Part shown: one piece after another, positions 9,600 to 20,266 of the stretch
Layout of the letters: each line of letters opens with the position of its first letter
How positions within the stretch are numbered: position 1 is the first letter of the stretch
DNA from: an uncultured Gardnerella sp.
GTDB lineage: Bacteria; Actinomycetota; Actinomycetes; Actinomycetales; Bifidobacteriaceae
Assembly (NCBI GenBank): GCA_947289115.1
Contig: CAMYPG010000005.1
Coordinates: 2,038-66,037 of the forward strand
Length of the DNA: 64,000 bases
Direction of reading: 5' to 3'
Made by a program: the position numbers and the translations under genes
Notes under the pieces: generated by a model
What the model was told of the DNA's origin: nothing
Seen by the model: the letters and a program-made list of their open reading frames with translations, nothing else
Databases searched by the model: none

Positions 9600-12044
9600 T
9601 TATCCTCCGCACACGGCTAGTCTTATCATTTGCGCGTATTGTGGACCTCCAATAGGAGTCAAATGTATTCCATCGTCTGTTAAGAATTCGGAGTGTCCTG
9701 CGCTTAAACCATACCAGTCTATTATTCCAACGTTTTTGCGTTTCGCTGCAAAAGCGCGCAGTCTTGCGTTTGTTTCGTCTTGCCAAGGCTGTGGAACACG
9801 GGTTGTTACAAAATACACTGGTTTGCCGCCTGTAACATTTACCATATTTTGCAAAACAGATTCGTCTCTAGGAGGTCCGTTTGTTCCAAGCTCATAGATT
9901 ACAACGCTTCCAGGGTGTTTCCCAACTAAATCTTGCTGATAATCTTCCGCTCCGTGGAATATTTGTCTGCTCACTTTTCCGTCAATCCAAGCGTTTGGTA
10001 ATGCTTGCATAAGGTATGGTTTTGCGCCTTCTGTTACGGAATCTCCAACCATTGTTATGTCTGCAGTGCAAACATTGCGTTTTGAGTCTATTTTCCATGG
10101 TTTTGTATTTATGTTTTCTGGCACTTTTTCTGCAATCGGGTTGAGAATCCTATGGTCAGATGGTTTTGTTGGAAGCGTTTGTTTTTCTATGTTCTCGCGC
10201 TTTCCGCCTGTTTTTTTCTTCGTATTAGCGGAATTTTTTTCTTGTGCAGTTTTTTCTTGTGCAGTTTTGTTTTGAGTATTCGCGTCTTGCGCGTTTAATT
10301 CTGGTCTTAATTGTATAGCTCGCGCTTGCGCAATACTATTCCAGTTAACTGGCGCTGCAATTATTGCTAGCCCAACTATTGCACAAATCACTATTACCGT
10401 TCTTCTTAAAACAAACGGCAATCTTATATTCTTACTTTTAACGTTTAAAGTATCTGAAGATAAATCAGGAGATAAATCAGGGTTTTTCGCGTCGATATTG
10501 TCCGAGATAATATCGTCTTTCTGGCTAATACTAAAGGTTATATGCTTATTTGCAAGAGGCATCTCGAATATTCTGTAAAAAACCTCTGCTGCAATAATAA
10601 CTATTACGCATTGCCCTGCCTGTTCCCAAAGAGTTATCTGTGTGGTTCTTGTAGCAGGGTTTAGTATTTCTAGAATAGGGAAGTGGACTATGTAAATCGC
10701 AAAAGATCTTAGACCTATATATTTCAGTGGAGCAATTTCAAGTATTTTAGTGCAAATACTATTTTTCTGTAGGCAGGACCACATTAAAATCGCGCAAACT
10801 ATTGCGAATATCGTGTATCCGCCGTAAACAATCCAGGTTTTTGAACCGTCTTCTTTCACTAAGCACCATAGAATAAAAATTAACGCAGCCAATCCTATAA
10901 TCGATTTTTGTAGTGTGCTTAGAGGTTTTTGAAGAGTTTTTGCTATTTTTGCGAATTTACCAGATTCTGATTTATTTTTTAGATCAGTTTTTACTTTATC
11001 AGTGTTTTCTGATTCGTTGGTTTGTTGCCACTTTTCCCCAGCAATTTCATTATTAGATTCATCGGATTCGTCATATTCGCCATCTTTATCAGATTCCATC
11101 ATGTTTACTTGCAATCCTGCTAGTAAATCGTCTGGTATCGAGGCTTCTGAGGATTGGCTTTTATTTTGCGTATTTTGTGTATTTTGCGCTTCTATCTCTG
11201 ATGAATCCTCTATTTTTTCGATTTGTGTTTTTTTGCTTTTGTTTCCAACAATATATTTACAAGCATCTGCAATAATTTTGATAATGGAACGTTCGCTAAA
11301 CCATGTGCAATACATTGCTAGTAATGCACCAATTAAGAATTCTCCAGCTCGAGTGTCAATAGAGTAATACACGCGCGCAATGGTTTGGCCATCTCCATAA
11401 AAAATCGTAATTGCTAGGTTTGCCAACGAACATGCAATCATAAGAATCGCCGTAACGCACATTCTTACAAATTTAGAGTGCACAATTTTAAGAATCGCCC
11501 ATAGTATAATCGGCCAAAATACAAAGATTTGCATAATAAGTCCCAAATACCAAAGGTGTTTTATTGGGGATGGTAGTCCTGATTGTTCAAAGTAAGATAC
11601 TTTTCGTAAAATATACGCCATATTGCTTGTAAAGCTAGCGCCTGTTAGTGCGTCAGATTGTAGTTTTGTTAAAAGACTTGGTGAAAATAGCCACATTAGT
11701 GGGGCGCTCAGAGCAATAATCCCTATAGTAGACGGCCAAATTCGTTTTACGCGTTTAAACAAGTATTTTAAGTAGGCGAATATTTTAGACTTTACCGGTA
11801 TTTTGGTTTGTTCGCTGGTTGCTGGCGACTTTTGCGCATTTGATGTTTCAAACATTTTTAGCAGAGATACAGTGCTGAAGTATCCAGCCATAACAAGAAA
11901 CATTGTTACTCCCAAGAATCCTCCTGGAAGTACTATTGGACGTAGGTGGAACGCTACAATCGCAATAACAGCAATAGCACGCATGCCATCTATTGCAGCG
12001 TTGCGTTTGCTTGTAGTGTTAGCTGCGTTGTTTATCTCTGTCAT
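9600..12044 (-). CDS. AT3 acyltransferase-SGNH fusion (OatA-like envelope O-acetyltransferase)
   Basis: IDGMRAIAV, GGFLGVTMF, HLWYL and RVYYSIDTR in the membrane part; C-terminal GDSV...DGIH. Confidence 0.88.
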   Translation of the reverse strand: MTEINNAANTTSKRNAAIDGMRAIAVIAIVAFHLRPIVLPGGFLGVTMFLVMAGYFSTVSLLKMFETSNAQKSPATSEQTKIPVKSKIFAYLKYLFKRVKRIWPSTIGIIALSAPLMWLFSPSLLTKLQSDALTGASFTSNMAYILRKVSYFEQSGLPSPIKHLWYLGLIMQIFVFWPIILWAILKIVHSKFVRMCVTAILMIACSLANLAITIFYGDGQTIARVYYSIDTRAGEFLIGALLAMYCTWFSERSIIKIIADACKYIVGNKSKKTQIEKIEDSSEIEAQNTQNTQNKSQSSEASIPDDLLAGLQVNMMESDKDGEYDESDESNNEIAGEKWQQTNESENTDKVKTDLKNKSESGKFAKIAKTLQKPLSTLQKSIIGLAALIFILWCLVKEDGSKTWIVYGGYTIFAIVCAILMWSCLQKNSICTKILEIAPLKYIGLRSFAIYIVHFPILEILNPATRTTQITLWEQAGQCVIVIIAAEVFYRIFEMPLANKHITFSISQKDDIISDNIDAKNPDLSPDLSSDTLNVKSKNIRLPFVLRRTVIVICAIVGLAIIAAPVNWNSIAQARAIQLRPELNAQDANTQNKTAQEKTAQEKNSANTKKKTGGKRENIEKQTLPTKPSDHRILNPIAEKVPENINTKPWKIDSKRNVCTADITMVGDSVTEGAKPYLMQALPNAWIDGKVSRQIFHGAEDYQQDLVGKHPGSVVIYELGTNGPPRDESVLQNMVNVTGGKPVYFVTTRVPQPWQDETNARLRAFAAKRKNVGIIDWYGLSAGHSEFLTDDGIHLTPIGGPQYAQMIRLAVCGG

Positions 12045-12472
12045 TTTGCCTGCAACTTGCTAATACGTGGTTTAATTTTGGTTGTGGACATGATGTGGGT
12101 ATGAATTGTTTTATGACTAACATCGCCCAAAACGTAGTCATATTATCTACGTATTAAGACACTGTAGTTAGTTATAGCGTGTCTTAGTTTTTCCCTAGTT
12201 TTTCCTTGATTTTTCTTATGTTTTTTGCAAGTTTTATGAAATTTTTTAATATGGATTTAAATATTTTTCAAGGTAATTATTCGTTTTTATTAAGATTTTT
12301 CTCTGCTATTTTTTAGTGCGGTTGCTTTCGACTTTTGTTTGCTAAAATGCCAATGTTATACAACGCGTTTTACGTGCTCTTTGCTGCGCGCTAGAGTTAG
12401 ACTGAACAGTCTAATTTAGGTGTATAAACGTTAGATTGATAAACAGTGTGTTTTACGCATTAAGGAGTAAAC

Positions 12473-12967
12473 ATGGCAGAAACATTCAATGTTGTGGTAG
12501 AAATCCCACGCGGATCCAAGAATAAGTATGAAGTTGATCACGAAACTGGTCGCGTTTTCTTGGATCGTACCCTTTTCACAGCTATGGGTTATCCAGATGA
12601 TTACGGTTACATTGATGGAACTTTGGGCGAAGATGGCGATCCACTCGATGCTCTTGTTATGATTCCAAACTCTGTGTTCCCAGGATGCGTTGTTGAGTGC
12701 CGCGCTGTTGGCTTGTATCACATGGTTGACGAAGCTGGCGGAGACGATAAGGTTTTGTGCGTTCCAGCAGATGTTCGTTTCGACGACATCAAGGATATTG
12801 ATGACGTGAATGAGTATCACAAGGCTGAAATCAAGCACTTCTTCGAGCAGTACAAGGCTTTGGAGCCAGGTAAGGAAGTTCTTCCTGGTGACTTCTGGGC
12901 TGGAGTTGAGCAGGCTGAAAAGGAAATTGTCGCAGCTCGCAAGCGTCTTGAAGAAAGCGAAAAGTAG
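12473..12967 (+). CDS. ppa: Inorganic pyrophosphatase (family I)
   Basis: KYE, DGDPLD and DDK motifs. Confidence 0.97.
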   Translation: MAETFNVVVEIPRGSKNKYEVDHETGRVFLDRTLFTAMGYPDDYGYIDGTLGEDGDPLDALVMIPNSVFPGCVVECRAVGLYHMVDEAGGDDKVLCVPADVRFDDIKDIDDVNEYHKAEIKHFFEQYKALEPGKEVLPGDFWAGVEQAEKEIVAARKRLEESEK

Positions 12968-13017
12968 TTTTCGATATTAGTCGCGAATCTTCCGAGCGTT
13001 TTAGAAACGCGTTTGCT

Positions 13018-13055
13018 AGTGTCTAACACATTTTTATGTGTTAGACACTTTTTTT
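13018..13055 (+). terminator. Intrinsic terminator after ppa
   Basis: AGTGTCTAACACA/TGTGTTAGACACT stem followed by a T-run. Confidence 0.75.
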
Positions 13056-13067
13056 ATTCTAAAAAAT

Positions 13068-13793
13068 TTAAGCGATTAGTAGCATTCCTAAACCAGTTGC
13101 GTAAACAACCATTCCGCCCATCATCACGGGAATCAAAGCAGTGCCAATTTGTGGCAAAAGCATGTCAGTATTGTATTTTGCATCTTTAACCCAAAGATGA
13201 GAAAGCCCAGCTAGAACAATTACGGCAAGCAAACCCAATACTGCTACCAGTACGCCAAGTTCTAGAATACGCACGGAGAATGTGAAACGAATAATCGAAG
13301 GCAAAAAAAGCCATCCTGGAAGAGCTGCACAAGCGATACTTGCTGTAAGAGAATGTGAAATATTTCTTACCAGATTAGATCTCTCTTCCCTAAGCATTTG
13401 ACGACCAAAGCTAACAAAAGTTGCAGCAACAAGAATTAGAGCAAAGCTAACAGCCCAACGTTCATATGGGTGAATAGCTGCAATGAACTTATCCATACTA
13501 ACTTCTGTATTATCTATTACGTTGCTAGGAAGCCAACCTTTTAAAGCTAATGCCGCGCACCACATGGATGCGATTCCGGCAAAAAGCGGAATAGCTTTAT
13601 CTGCTGTAGAACCTTGTAGCGGCCAGAAAGTAACTAGAGCAAGAAGAATAATCACGCAAACGGTTATAACGGCTTTTGCTGTGGCTATTGGCAGAATGGC
13701 TGCAATTGCTAAAAGAGCTATAGCAACGAATTGAGTTACAACAATCGTAATGTGATTATGCATTGCATTATGTGCGATGTTATCGTTGCTCAT
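13068..13793 (-). CDS. Multi-pass membrane protein of unknown function
   Basis: 241 aa with several hydrophobic segments; AGGAG RBS. Confidence 0.75.
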   Translation of the reverse strand: MSNDNIAHNAMHNHITIVVTQFVAIALLAIAAILPIATAKAVITVCVIILLALVTFWPLQGSTADKAIPLFAGIASMWCAALALKGWLPSNVIDNTEVSMDKFIAAIHPYERWAVSFALILVAATFVSFGRQMLREERSNLVRNISHSLTASIACAALPGWLFLPSIIRFTFSVRILELGVLVAVLGLLAVIVLAGLSHLWVKDAKYNTDMLLPQIGTALIPVMMGGMVVYATGLGMLLIA

Positions 13794-13982
13794 ATTACGC
13801 TCCTATCGCGTTTTATAAGATAATTTTAATAAATTGTTTAGCCGTATTAACTTATTTTATATGTAAGCGTACACTTGCATGCTTCGATTCTTATTAAGTA
13901 TCTTAAGTATGGATTACAATTTTCTTTTAACAGCTTGATTTTGAATTTGTTATTCAATTCTATGCGTTCTGGAGGTATCAAT

Positions 13983-14756
13983 ATGACGGATATTACATTG
14001 ATGACCTCTTGTGCCGCGCCTGCAAAAGTTTTGCCATCTTTGACTCTACTTTCGCATAGAGTGCGAGTGCTCCCAATGGAACCGTCTAGTATGCTTAAGA
14101 TGCCAGAAAACACTATTCTTCTTGTAGATGCTAGAGAAGATTTATCTTTGGCGAAATCTTTATGCTCTATTGTTCGTGCTTCTAATTTAACAATGTCTGT
14201 TATCTTAATTCTTACAGAAGGAGGATTCACAGTTGTTAATGCATCTTGGGGCATTAGTGATGTTATGCTGACAACCGCTTCTCCAGCCGAAGTAGAAGGT
14301 AGACTTAGACTAGCTTCTCAACGAGGTGGGTCGGCTGAATCTACTTCTAAAGAACATGTAGCTGATTCTGGTAGCGTGGAAATTAACAGTAGTGGTCAAA
14401 TGTGCTCTGGGGATTTAGTCGTAGATACGCAGAGTTACACAGTTAGCTTGCACGGAAAGCCTATTGATTTAGCGTATAAAGAATTTGAGCTTCTTAAATA
14501 CTTTGTTCAGCATCCTCGGCGAGTATTCACTCGTGCTCACCTACTTCAAGAGGTTTGGGGTTACGATTATTACGGTGGAACTCGTACAGTGGATGTTCAC
14601 ATTCGTAGGTTACGCGCGAAATTAGGCGTTGAATATGAGCACGTTATTGGAACGGTTAGGAATGTTGGATATCGTTTCGATCCTTTAGAGTCTCAGGATG
14701 AAGTTGTAGATTCTACAGATTCTGATAATAATGATTCGTCGGCAGCTTCCGACTAG
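13983..14756 (+). CDS. glnR: Orphan OmpR-family response regulator, GlnR-like
   Basis: Atypical receiver (VLPSLTLLSHRVRV...LTEGG...WG...PAEVEGRLRLA) plus winged helix WGYDYYGGTRTVDVHIRRLRAKLG; GGAGG RBS before ATG 13983. Confidence 0.82.
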   Translation: MTDITLMTSCAAPAKVLPSLTLLSHRVRVLPMEPSSMLKMPENTILLVDAREDLSLAKSLCSIVRASNLTMSVILILTEGGFTVVNASWGISDVMLTTASPAEVEGRLRLASQRGGSAESTSKEHVADSGSVEINSSGQMCSGDLVVDTQSYTVSLHGKPIDLAYKEFELLKYFVQHPRRVFTRAHLLQEVWGYDYYGGTRTVDVHIRRLRAKLGVEYEHVIGTVRNVGYRFDPLESQDEVVDSTDSDNNDSSAASD

Positions 14757-14787
14757 AATTCCTGTAGCGGATTAGTGGTTTATTATA

Positions 14788-15489
14788 TTGGTTAAATTAC
14801 AAAGCGTGAATAGTAGTCAAGAATCATCTTCCGATCCTAGAAAATCTAAAAAAATCGCTAGGATGAGCGAAGAGTATAGGATTTTATGCGAAGAAATACC
14901 GAATCCAAAGTGTGCATTAAATTTTACAAATCCATTTGAACTACTAATAGCCACTGTTCTTAGCGCACAAACCACTGATAGACGTGTAAATATTGTAACG
15001 GAACAACTTTTTAGAACTTATCCTACGCCAAAAGATTTAGCGCGCGCACCAATATATAAGGTACAAGAGATCATCCATCAACTTGGATTTTATAGAGTAA
15101 AATCGCAGCATATTATAGAGCTTTCGCAAAAACTTATGGACGATTTCAATGGTGTAGTTCCAAATAATATGGATGATCTTACAAAACTTCCAGGTGTAGG
15201 AAGAAAAACAGCAAACGTTGTATTGGGCAATGCTTTTGGTATCCCAGGGTTTCCAGTAGATACCCACGTTATGCGTGTGACGTCAAGGCTTAGATGGAGA
15301 AGCGATTGGAAAATCGCTAAGTCAGATCCTATAAAAGTTGAGCGTGAAATTACATCTTATTTTCCGCCAGAAGAATGGACTAATTTGTCTCACCGCCTTA
15401 TTCTTCATGGTAGAAAAATATGTACAGCTAGAAATCCGCATTGTGCTGACTGCCCTCTAAGATTTCTGTGCCCATCTGTTTCGCTGTAG
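14788..15489 (+). CDS. nth: Endonuclease III
   Basis: LSAQTTD, HhH LPGVGRKTANV, VDTH and C-terminal CxxxxxxCxxCxxxxxC; start uncertain. Confidence 0.95.
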   Translation: MVKLQSVNSSQESSSDPRKSKKIARMSEEYRILCEEIPNPKCALNFTNPFELLIATVLSAQTTDRRVNIVTEQLFRTYPTPKDLARAPIYKVQEIIHQLGFYRVKSQHIIELSQKLMDDFNGVVPNNMDDLTKLPGVGRKTANVVLGNAFGIPGFPVDTHVMRVTSRLRWRSDWKIAKSDPIKVEREITSYFPPEEWTNLSHRLILHGRKICTARNPHCADCPLRFLCPSVSL

Positions 15490-15490
15490 C

Positions 15491-15555
15491 TATGTTGTAG
15501 GTTTTGTTGTAGGTTTTGTCGTAGGTTTTGTCGTGGTTGCGTTGTGGTTGTCGTA
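15491..15555 (+). repeat. Degenerate 12-bp tandem repeat
   Basis: GTTGTAGGTTTT / GTCGTAGGTTTT units directly after the nth stop. Confidence 0.7.
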
Positions 15556-15670
15556 ACGGATTTTTCTAATATCTCATATAATTAACTTTTAGAATCTTTT
15601 TAGGGTATTTTTAGATTATTTTCTGCATAAATTCTACGTATGATTCAATCGATGATATACACTGTTGGCT

Positions 15671-17254
15671 ATGTCTGAATTTGAAAGATACTCATCTGGA
15701 TCACATATGAGAAAAGCACGTTATGCAAAAAAAGCTAAAAAAGGCGTGTCCTCGTGGGTTATTTTTATAGTCTTAATTGCCATTATGTCTGTTGTTGCAT
15801 GGGGTGGATGGCGATTTTTAGATGGAAGATCAATAGTTCCAGAAAGTATTGTTCCGGCATCAAGCTCAGTTTTAAAAATAGGCTTGCGTACAGCCCCAGC
15901 ATCCTTAGATATTAGGACTGACGACAGTGATTCACTGCAACAAGCTCTTATTGAAAACGTTTATGAAACACTTATTAAACGAGATGGCAATAATGCTTTA
16001 AAACCAGGTCTTGCTCAGTCTTGGAGCGTATCTTCCGACGGTTTGAATTATAAGTTTAGGATTCGTTCAGGCGTGAAGTTTGCAAATGGAGACGTAATGG
16101 ACTCTGGCTCCGTACTGCAATCACTTCAACAAGGTATTACAAAAAGCTATCCAGGCTATGAAAAGTTGACGAATATTACAAGCGTATCTAACTCAGGACC
16201 TGATATTCTAAACGTTTCATTAAAAATGCCAGATCCATTACTGCTGCGAAGATTAGCAGGTAGAGCTGGGATTGTATATGACACTCGCGCTTCATTAAAC
16301 TACGCTTCGGACGCTATGGGAACAGGACCTTTTAAAGTTAACGGTTATAGTAAAGGTTCAGACCTTGTTCTTGTGAGAAACGACAAATATTGGGGTACAG
16401 CATCTGGCTGCGCTAGCATAACTCTTAAATACTTTAATGACGATACATCTTTAGCAAATGCCATGCAGAATGGCGATATTCAAATGGCTGTTCCTCTTGA
16501 TGGCAATGAAAACAAACGTATGGCGTCAATGCCAAATACTCAACTTGTTGAAGGTCAGAGCACTAGAATACGAATGATTGCTTATAACACTGGAATATCG
16601 TCTATTTTCTGCGATCAGCACGTTCGTAGAGCAAGCAGTTACGCAATGGATATAAACACTGTTTTATCGGCTGATCCATTTGGTGGTCAAATTGTGCGCG
16701 GACCAATTTCCCCATTGTCGCCAGGATACGAGGATTTAAGCGGAACTTATCCACACGATCCTCAAAAAGCTCGATCTCTATTCTCATATTTCTCTGCTGC
16801 CTACCTTGGTAAAATTACATTCCTCGTACCTCTTGGAATGAGCAATATTGGTAATGCGCTTGGTTCTCAGTTAAATGCTACCGGCGGTTTCCGTGTGAAT
16901 GTCGAAGAAGTAGATGAGAACACTATGAAACAGCGAATTCATGATGGTAAATATGACTTAGCACTCACATGGATGAATCACACTTTGGATTCTGGAGCGT
17001 ATGCAGACACAAAGTCTACTTATTTGTTCCAAGATCATGAGTCTCAGAAATATTTTGCCCAAGCAATGAAATCGACCAATGCAGAAGGATATGAGTCAAA
17101 TATCAAACAGTATGCTAGAGAGTTGAATAATTACGCTGTTTCGAACTGGATGTATGCGCGAAAGAGCATTGTGGTAGCTAAATCTAATGTTAGTGGATAT
17201 CCTACAAACATGACTGATCAGCTTTTGCCATTGCATGATGTAAGCGTAAAGTAA
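15671..17254 (+). CDS. ABC transporter substrate-binding protein, family 5 (peptide/nickel type)
   Basis: N-terminal TM anchor, NVYETL, PGLAQSW, GTGPF and RNDKYWG motifs; no permease adjacent. Confidence 0.88.
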   Translation: MSEFERYSSGSHMRKARYAKKAKKGVSSWVIFIVLIAIMSVVAWGGWRFLDGRSIVPESIVPASSSVLKIGLRTAPASLDIRTDDSDSLQQALIENVYETLIKRDGNNALKPGLAQSWSVSSDGLNYKFRIRSGVKFANGDVMDSGSVLQSLQQGITKSYPGYEKLTNITSVSNSGPDILNVSLKMPDPLLLRRLAGRAGIVYDTRASLNYASDAMGTGPFKVNGYSKGSDLVLVRNDKYWGTASGCASITLKYFNDDTSLANAMQNGDIQMAVPLDGNENKRMASMPNTQLVEGQSTRIRMIAYNTGISSIFCDQHVRRASSYAMDINTVLSADPFGGQIVRGPISPLSPGYEDLSGTYPHDPQKARSLFSYFSAAYLGKITFLVPLGMSNIGNALGSQLNATGGFRVNVEEVDENTMKQRIHDGKYDLALTWMNHTLDSGAYADTKSTYLFQDHESQKYFAQAMKSTNAEGYESNIKQYARELNNYAVSNWMYARKSIVVAKSNVSGYPTNMTDQLLPLHDVSVK

Positions 17255-17386
17255 ATCCAAGATTATTTCAGGAATATAAGTGCGTGTAGTTTAGGATTAG
17301 TCGCAAGCAACCGTTGATTTGAATAATTTTTACAAATATTTGTAAAAATATTGACGTTGTCGCGCTGAGTTTCTAATATTCAGTTC

Positions 17387-20146
17387 ATGAGCGAACAGGA
17401 TAATAACACAGTAAAACACGCACATTTAACGCCTCTTCCTAACAAAGTTGGCGTTGATGGTCTTGAAGACAAATGGCGTAGTAATTGGGAAGAAGCTAAG
17501 ACTTACGCATTCCATAATTCTCGCGATCGTAAGGCAGTATATTCTATCGATACTCCACCTCCAACAGTTAGTGGTCATTTGCATGTTGGTCACGTATTCT
17601 CTTACACGCATACTGATGTGATTGCGCGATATAAGCGTATGCAAGGTTTTGACGTTTTCTACCCAATGGGTTGGGATGATAACGGCTTGCCAACAGAGCG
17701 CCGCGTGCAGAATTATTACGGTGTGCGAGTGGATACTTCGTTGAAGTATGACCCTGATTTTAAGCCGCCTTTTGAAGGCACTGAAGGCAAGAAGATTGAA
17801 GCTAAGGATCAGGTTCCTGTAAGCAGACAGAACTTTATTGAGCTTTGTGAACGCCTAACTTCCCAAGATGAGAAGCTTTTTGAAGCTTTGTGGCGTAGGC
17901 TTGGTCTTTCTGTTGATTGGTCGCAAACCTACCATACTATTGGCGAGCAGCCTCGCCGAGTTGCACAAAAAGCATTCTTGCGCAATCTTGCTCGTGGAGA
18001 GGCTTATCAGAAAGACGCTCCAGGCTTGTGGGATGTTACATTCCAGACTGCTGTTGCGCAAGCAGAGCTTGAAGCGCGCGAGTACCCTGGTTTCTATCAT
18101 AAGATTGCGTTCCGTTTTGAAGATGGTACGCCAATCTACATTGAAACTACGCGCCCAGAATTGCTTGCTGCTTGCACATCTTTGATTGCGCACCCAGACG
18201 ATGAGCGTTACAAGAAGTATTTTGGCAAGGAAGTTTACTCACCGCTGTTTAAGGTGAAGGTTCCGATTTTGGCGCATCCTGCAGCTCAAATGGACAAGGG
18301 TGCTGGCATTGCAATGTGCTGCACTTTTGGTGATGTAACAGACGTTGAGTGGTGGCGCGATTTGAGTTTGCCAACTCGACCAATCATTCAGCGAAACGGC
18401 CGCATTGTAATGACTACTCCTGATTGGATTACGGACGAGTCTGGCCGCGAAATGTTCGAGAAGATTGCTGGCAAAACCACGTTCTCTGCTCGCAAGGAAG
18501 TTGTTGAAGCTTTGCAAGCAGCTGGAGATATGGAAGGCGAACCAAAGCCAACAAAGCGTATGACGAACTTCTACGAAAAGGGCGATAAGCCTTTGGAAAT
18601 CGTCACTTCTCGCCAGTGGTATTTAAAGAACGGCGGTACGGACGAAAAGCTGAACGCTGAGCTTATTGAGCGCGGTAAGGAACTTAACTTCCATCCAGAC
18701 TTTATGCGCGTGCGCTATGAGAATTGGGTTCACGGTTTGAATGGCGACTGGCTTATTTCTCGCCAGCGCTTCTTCGGCGTGCCATTCCCATTATGGTACC
18801 CAGTAAACGAAAATGGGGAAGTAGATTACGAGCATCCTTTGACGCCTAGCGAAGATCGTTTGCCAATCGACCCAACTATTGATGTTCCAGAAGGCTTTGA
18901 TGAATCTCAGCGAGACCAGCCAAACGGCTTTACAGCTGAGCAAGACATTATGGACACTTGGGCTACATCTTCCTTAACTCCACAAATTGTGACTCGTTGG
19001 GAAGAGCCAGGTGAGGAAAATCAAGCTTTGTTTAAGGCTACTTTCCCAATGGATTTGCGTCCACAAGGCCAGGATATTATTCGTACTTGGCTGTTTAGTA
19101 CGGTTGATCGTGCGCATCTTGAAAACGGCTGCTTGCCTTGGAAGCACGCTGCGCTTTCTGGCTGGATTCTTGATCCTGACCATAAGAAGATGTCTAAATC
19201 TAAGGGCAACGTGGTTGTGCCAAATAAGCCAATCGAAGAGTTTGGTGCGGATGCTGTGCGTTACTGGGCAACTTCTGCAAAACTTGGCTTGGATGCAACT
19301 TATGACGAAGGTCAGATGAAGATTGGTCGCCGCTTGGCAATTAAGCTTTTGAACGCTACGAAGTTTGCGCTCGCAATTGGTCGCGAAAACGAGGAGCATC
19401 AGGTTCTTGAGTCTGCCAGCGCGGATTGGGATTTTGCAGACGTTACGGAAGTATTGGATCGCTCTGTTATGGCAAAGCTTGCATCCGTTATTCGTACCGC
19501 AACTGATGCGCTTGAATCTTACGAGCATTCCAAGGCTTTGGAAGCAATCGAAACATTCTTCTGGGAGTTCTGCGACGATTACATTGAGCTTGCAAAGAAT
19601 CGTGCTTATGGTACTGCAGAATCAACTGGACGCACTCCAAGTGAAGCTGCTGTGAAGTCTGCTCGTACAACTCTTGGTCTTGCACTCGACGCTTTGGCTC
19701 GCTTGCTTGCTCCTTACTTGCCTTACGCTACTGAAGAAGTGTGGAGCTGGATGCATGACGGCGAAGGATCCGTGCATCGTGCTAGCTGGCCATGCGCTAA
19801 GGCGTATGAGGCTGCTGCAAACGGAGTTTCTGCAGACACTTTGGCTTACGCGGGTGAAGCTTTGGCTGCTTTGCGCAAGATTAAGTCTGAAGCAAAAGTT
19901 TCTATGAAGACTCCTATTTTGCAAGTAACTTTGAACGTAGCAGAAAACGCTTATAAGTCTGTTGAGGAGACTTTGGATGACGTTGCGGAAGCGGGACGCG
20001 TTACTGGAGAAGTAAAGCTTAACGCTGTTAAGTCTGCGGATGCTGGCGATTCTTCTGAATCTGAATCTGCGGAATCTGAAGCAACTAATGTAAATGTTTC
20101 TGTTGCTCAAAGCGAACTCGGTGAAGCTCCTGCAAAAAAGAAGTAG
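17387..20146 (+). CDS. valS: Valine--tRNA ligase
   Basis: DTPPPTVSGHLHVGH, ISRQR and KMSKS motifs. Confidence 0.97.
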   Translation: MSEQDNNTVKHAHLTPLPNKVGVDGLEDKWRSNWEEAKTYAFHNSRDRKAVYSIDTPPPTVSGHLHVGHVFSYTHTDVIARYKRMQGFDVFYPMGWDDNGLPTERRVQNYYGVRVDTSLKYDPDFKPPFEGTEGKKIEAKDQVPVSRQNFIELCERLTSQDEKLFEALWRRLGLSVDWSQTYHTIGEQPRRVAQKAFLRNLARGEAYQKDAPGLWDVTFQTAVAQAELEAREYPGFYHKIAFRFEDGTPIYIETTRPELLAACTSLIAHPDDERYKKYFGKEVYSPLFKVKVPILAHPAAQMDKGAGIAMCCTFGDVTDVEWWRDLSLPTRPIIQRNGRIVMTTPDWITDESGREMFEKIAGKTTFSARKEVVEALQAAGDMEGEPKPTKRMTNFYEKGDKPLEIVTSRQWYLKNGGTDEKLNAELIERGKELNFHPDFMRVRYENWVHGLNGDWLISRQRFFGVPFPLWYPVNENGEVDYEHPLTPSEDRLPIDPTIDVPEGFDESQRDQPNGFTAEQDIMDTWATSSLTPQIVTRWEEPGEENQALFKATFPMDLRPQGQDIIRTWLFSTVDRAHLENGCLPWKHAALSGWILDPDHKKMSKSKGNVVVPNKPIEEFGADAVRYWATSAKLGLDATYDEGQMKIGRRLAIKLLNATKFALAIGRENEEHQVLESASADWDFADVTEVLDRSVMAKLASVIRTATDALESYEHSKALEAIETFFWEFCDDYIELAKNRAYGTAESTGRTPSEAAVKSARTTLGLALDALARLLAPYLPYATEEVWSWMHDGEGSVHRASWPCAKAYEAAANGVSADTLAYAGEALAALRKIKSEAKVSMKTPILQVTLNVAENAYKSVEETLDDVAEAGRVTGEVKLNAVKSADAGDSSESESAESEATNVNVSVAQSELGEAPAKKK

Positions 20147-20180
20147 TTGCAAGTAGTCGAAAATAATTAGTCGCAAAACA

Positions 20181-20218
20181 AAAGCGCTGGAAGTCAATCT
20201 TCGACTCCAGCGCTTTTT
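20181..20218 (+). terminator. Intrinsic terminator after valS
   Basis: AAAGCGCTGGA...TCCAGCGCTTTTT. Confidence 0.8.
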
Positions 20219-20266
20219 GTGTATTGTAAATACTAAGCATCGCGCGGTAACGCTAGACTGTAAACC

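Noticed and set aside
15491..15555. Repeats as a possible CRISPR array
   Set aside because: 12-bp tandem units without spacers; no cas genes in the window.
17255..17386. T-box leader before valS (also argS, gltX)
   Set aside because: No T-box consensus, and the promoter abuts the start codon.
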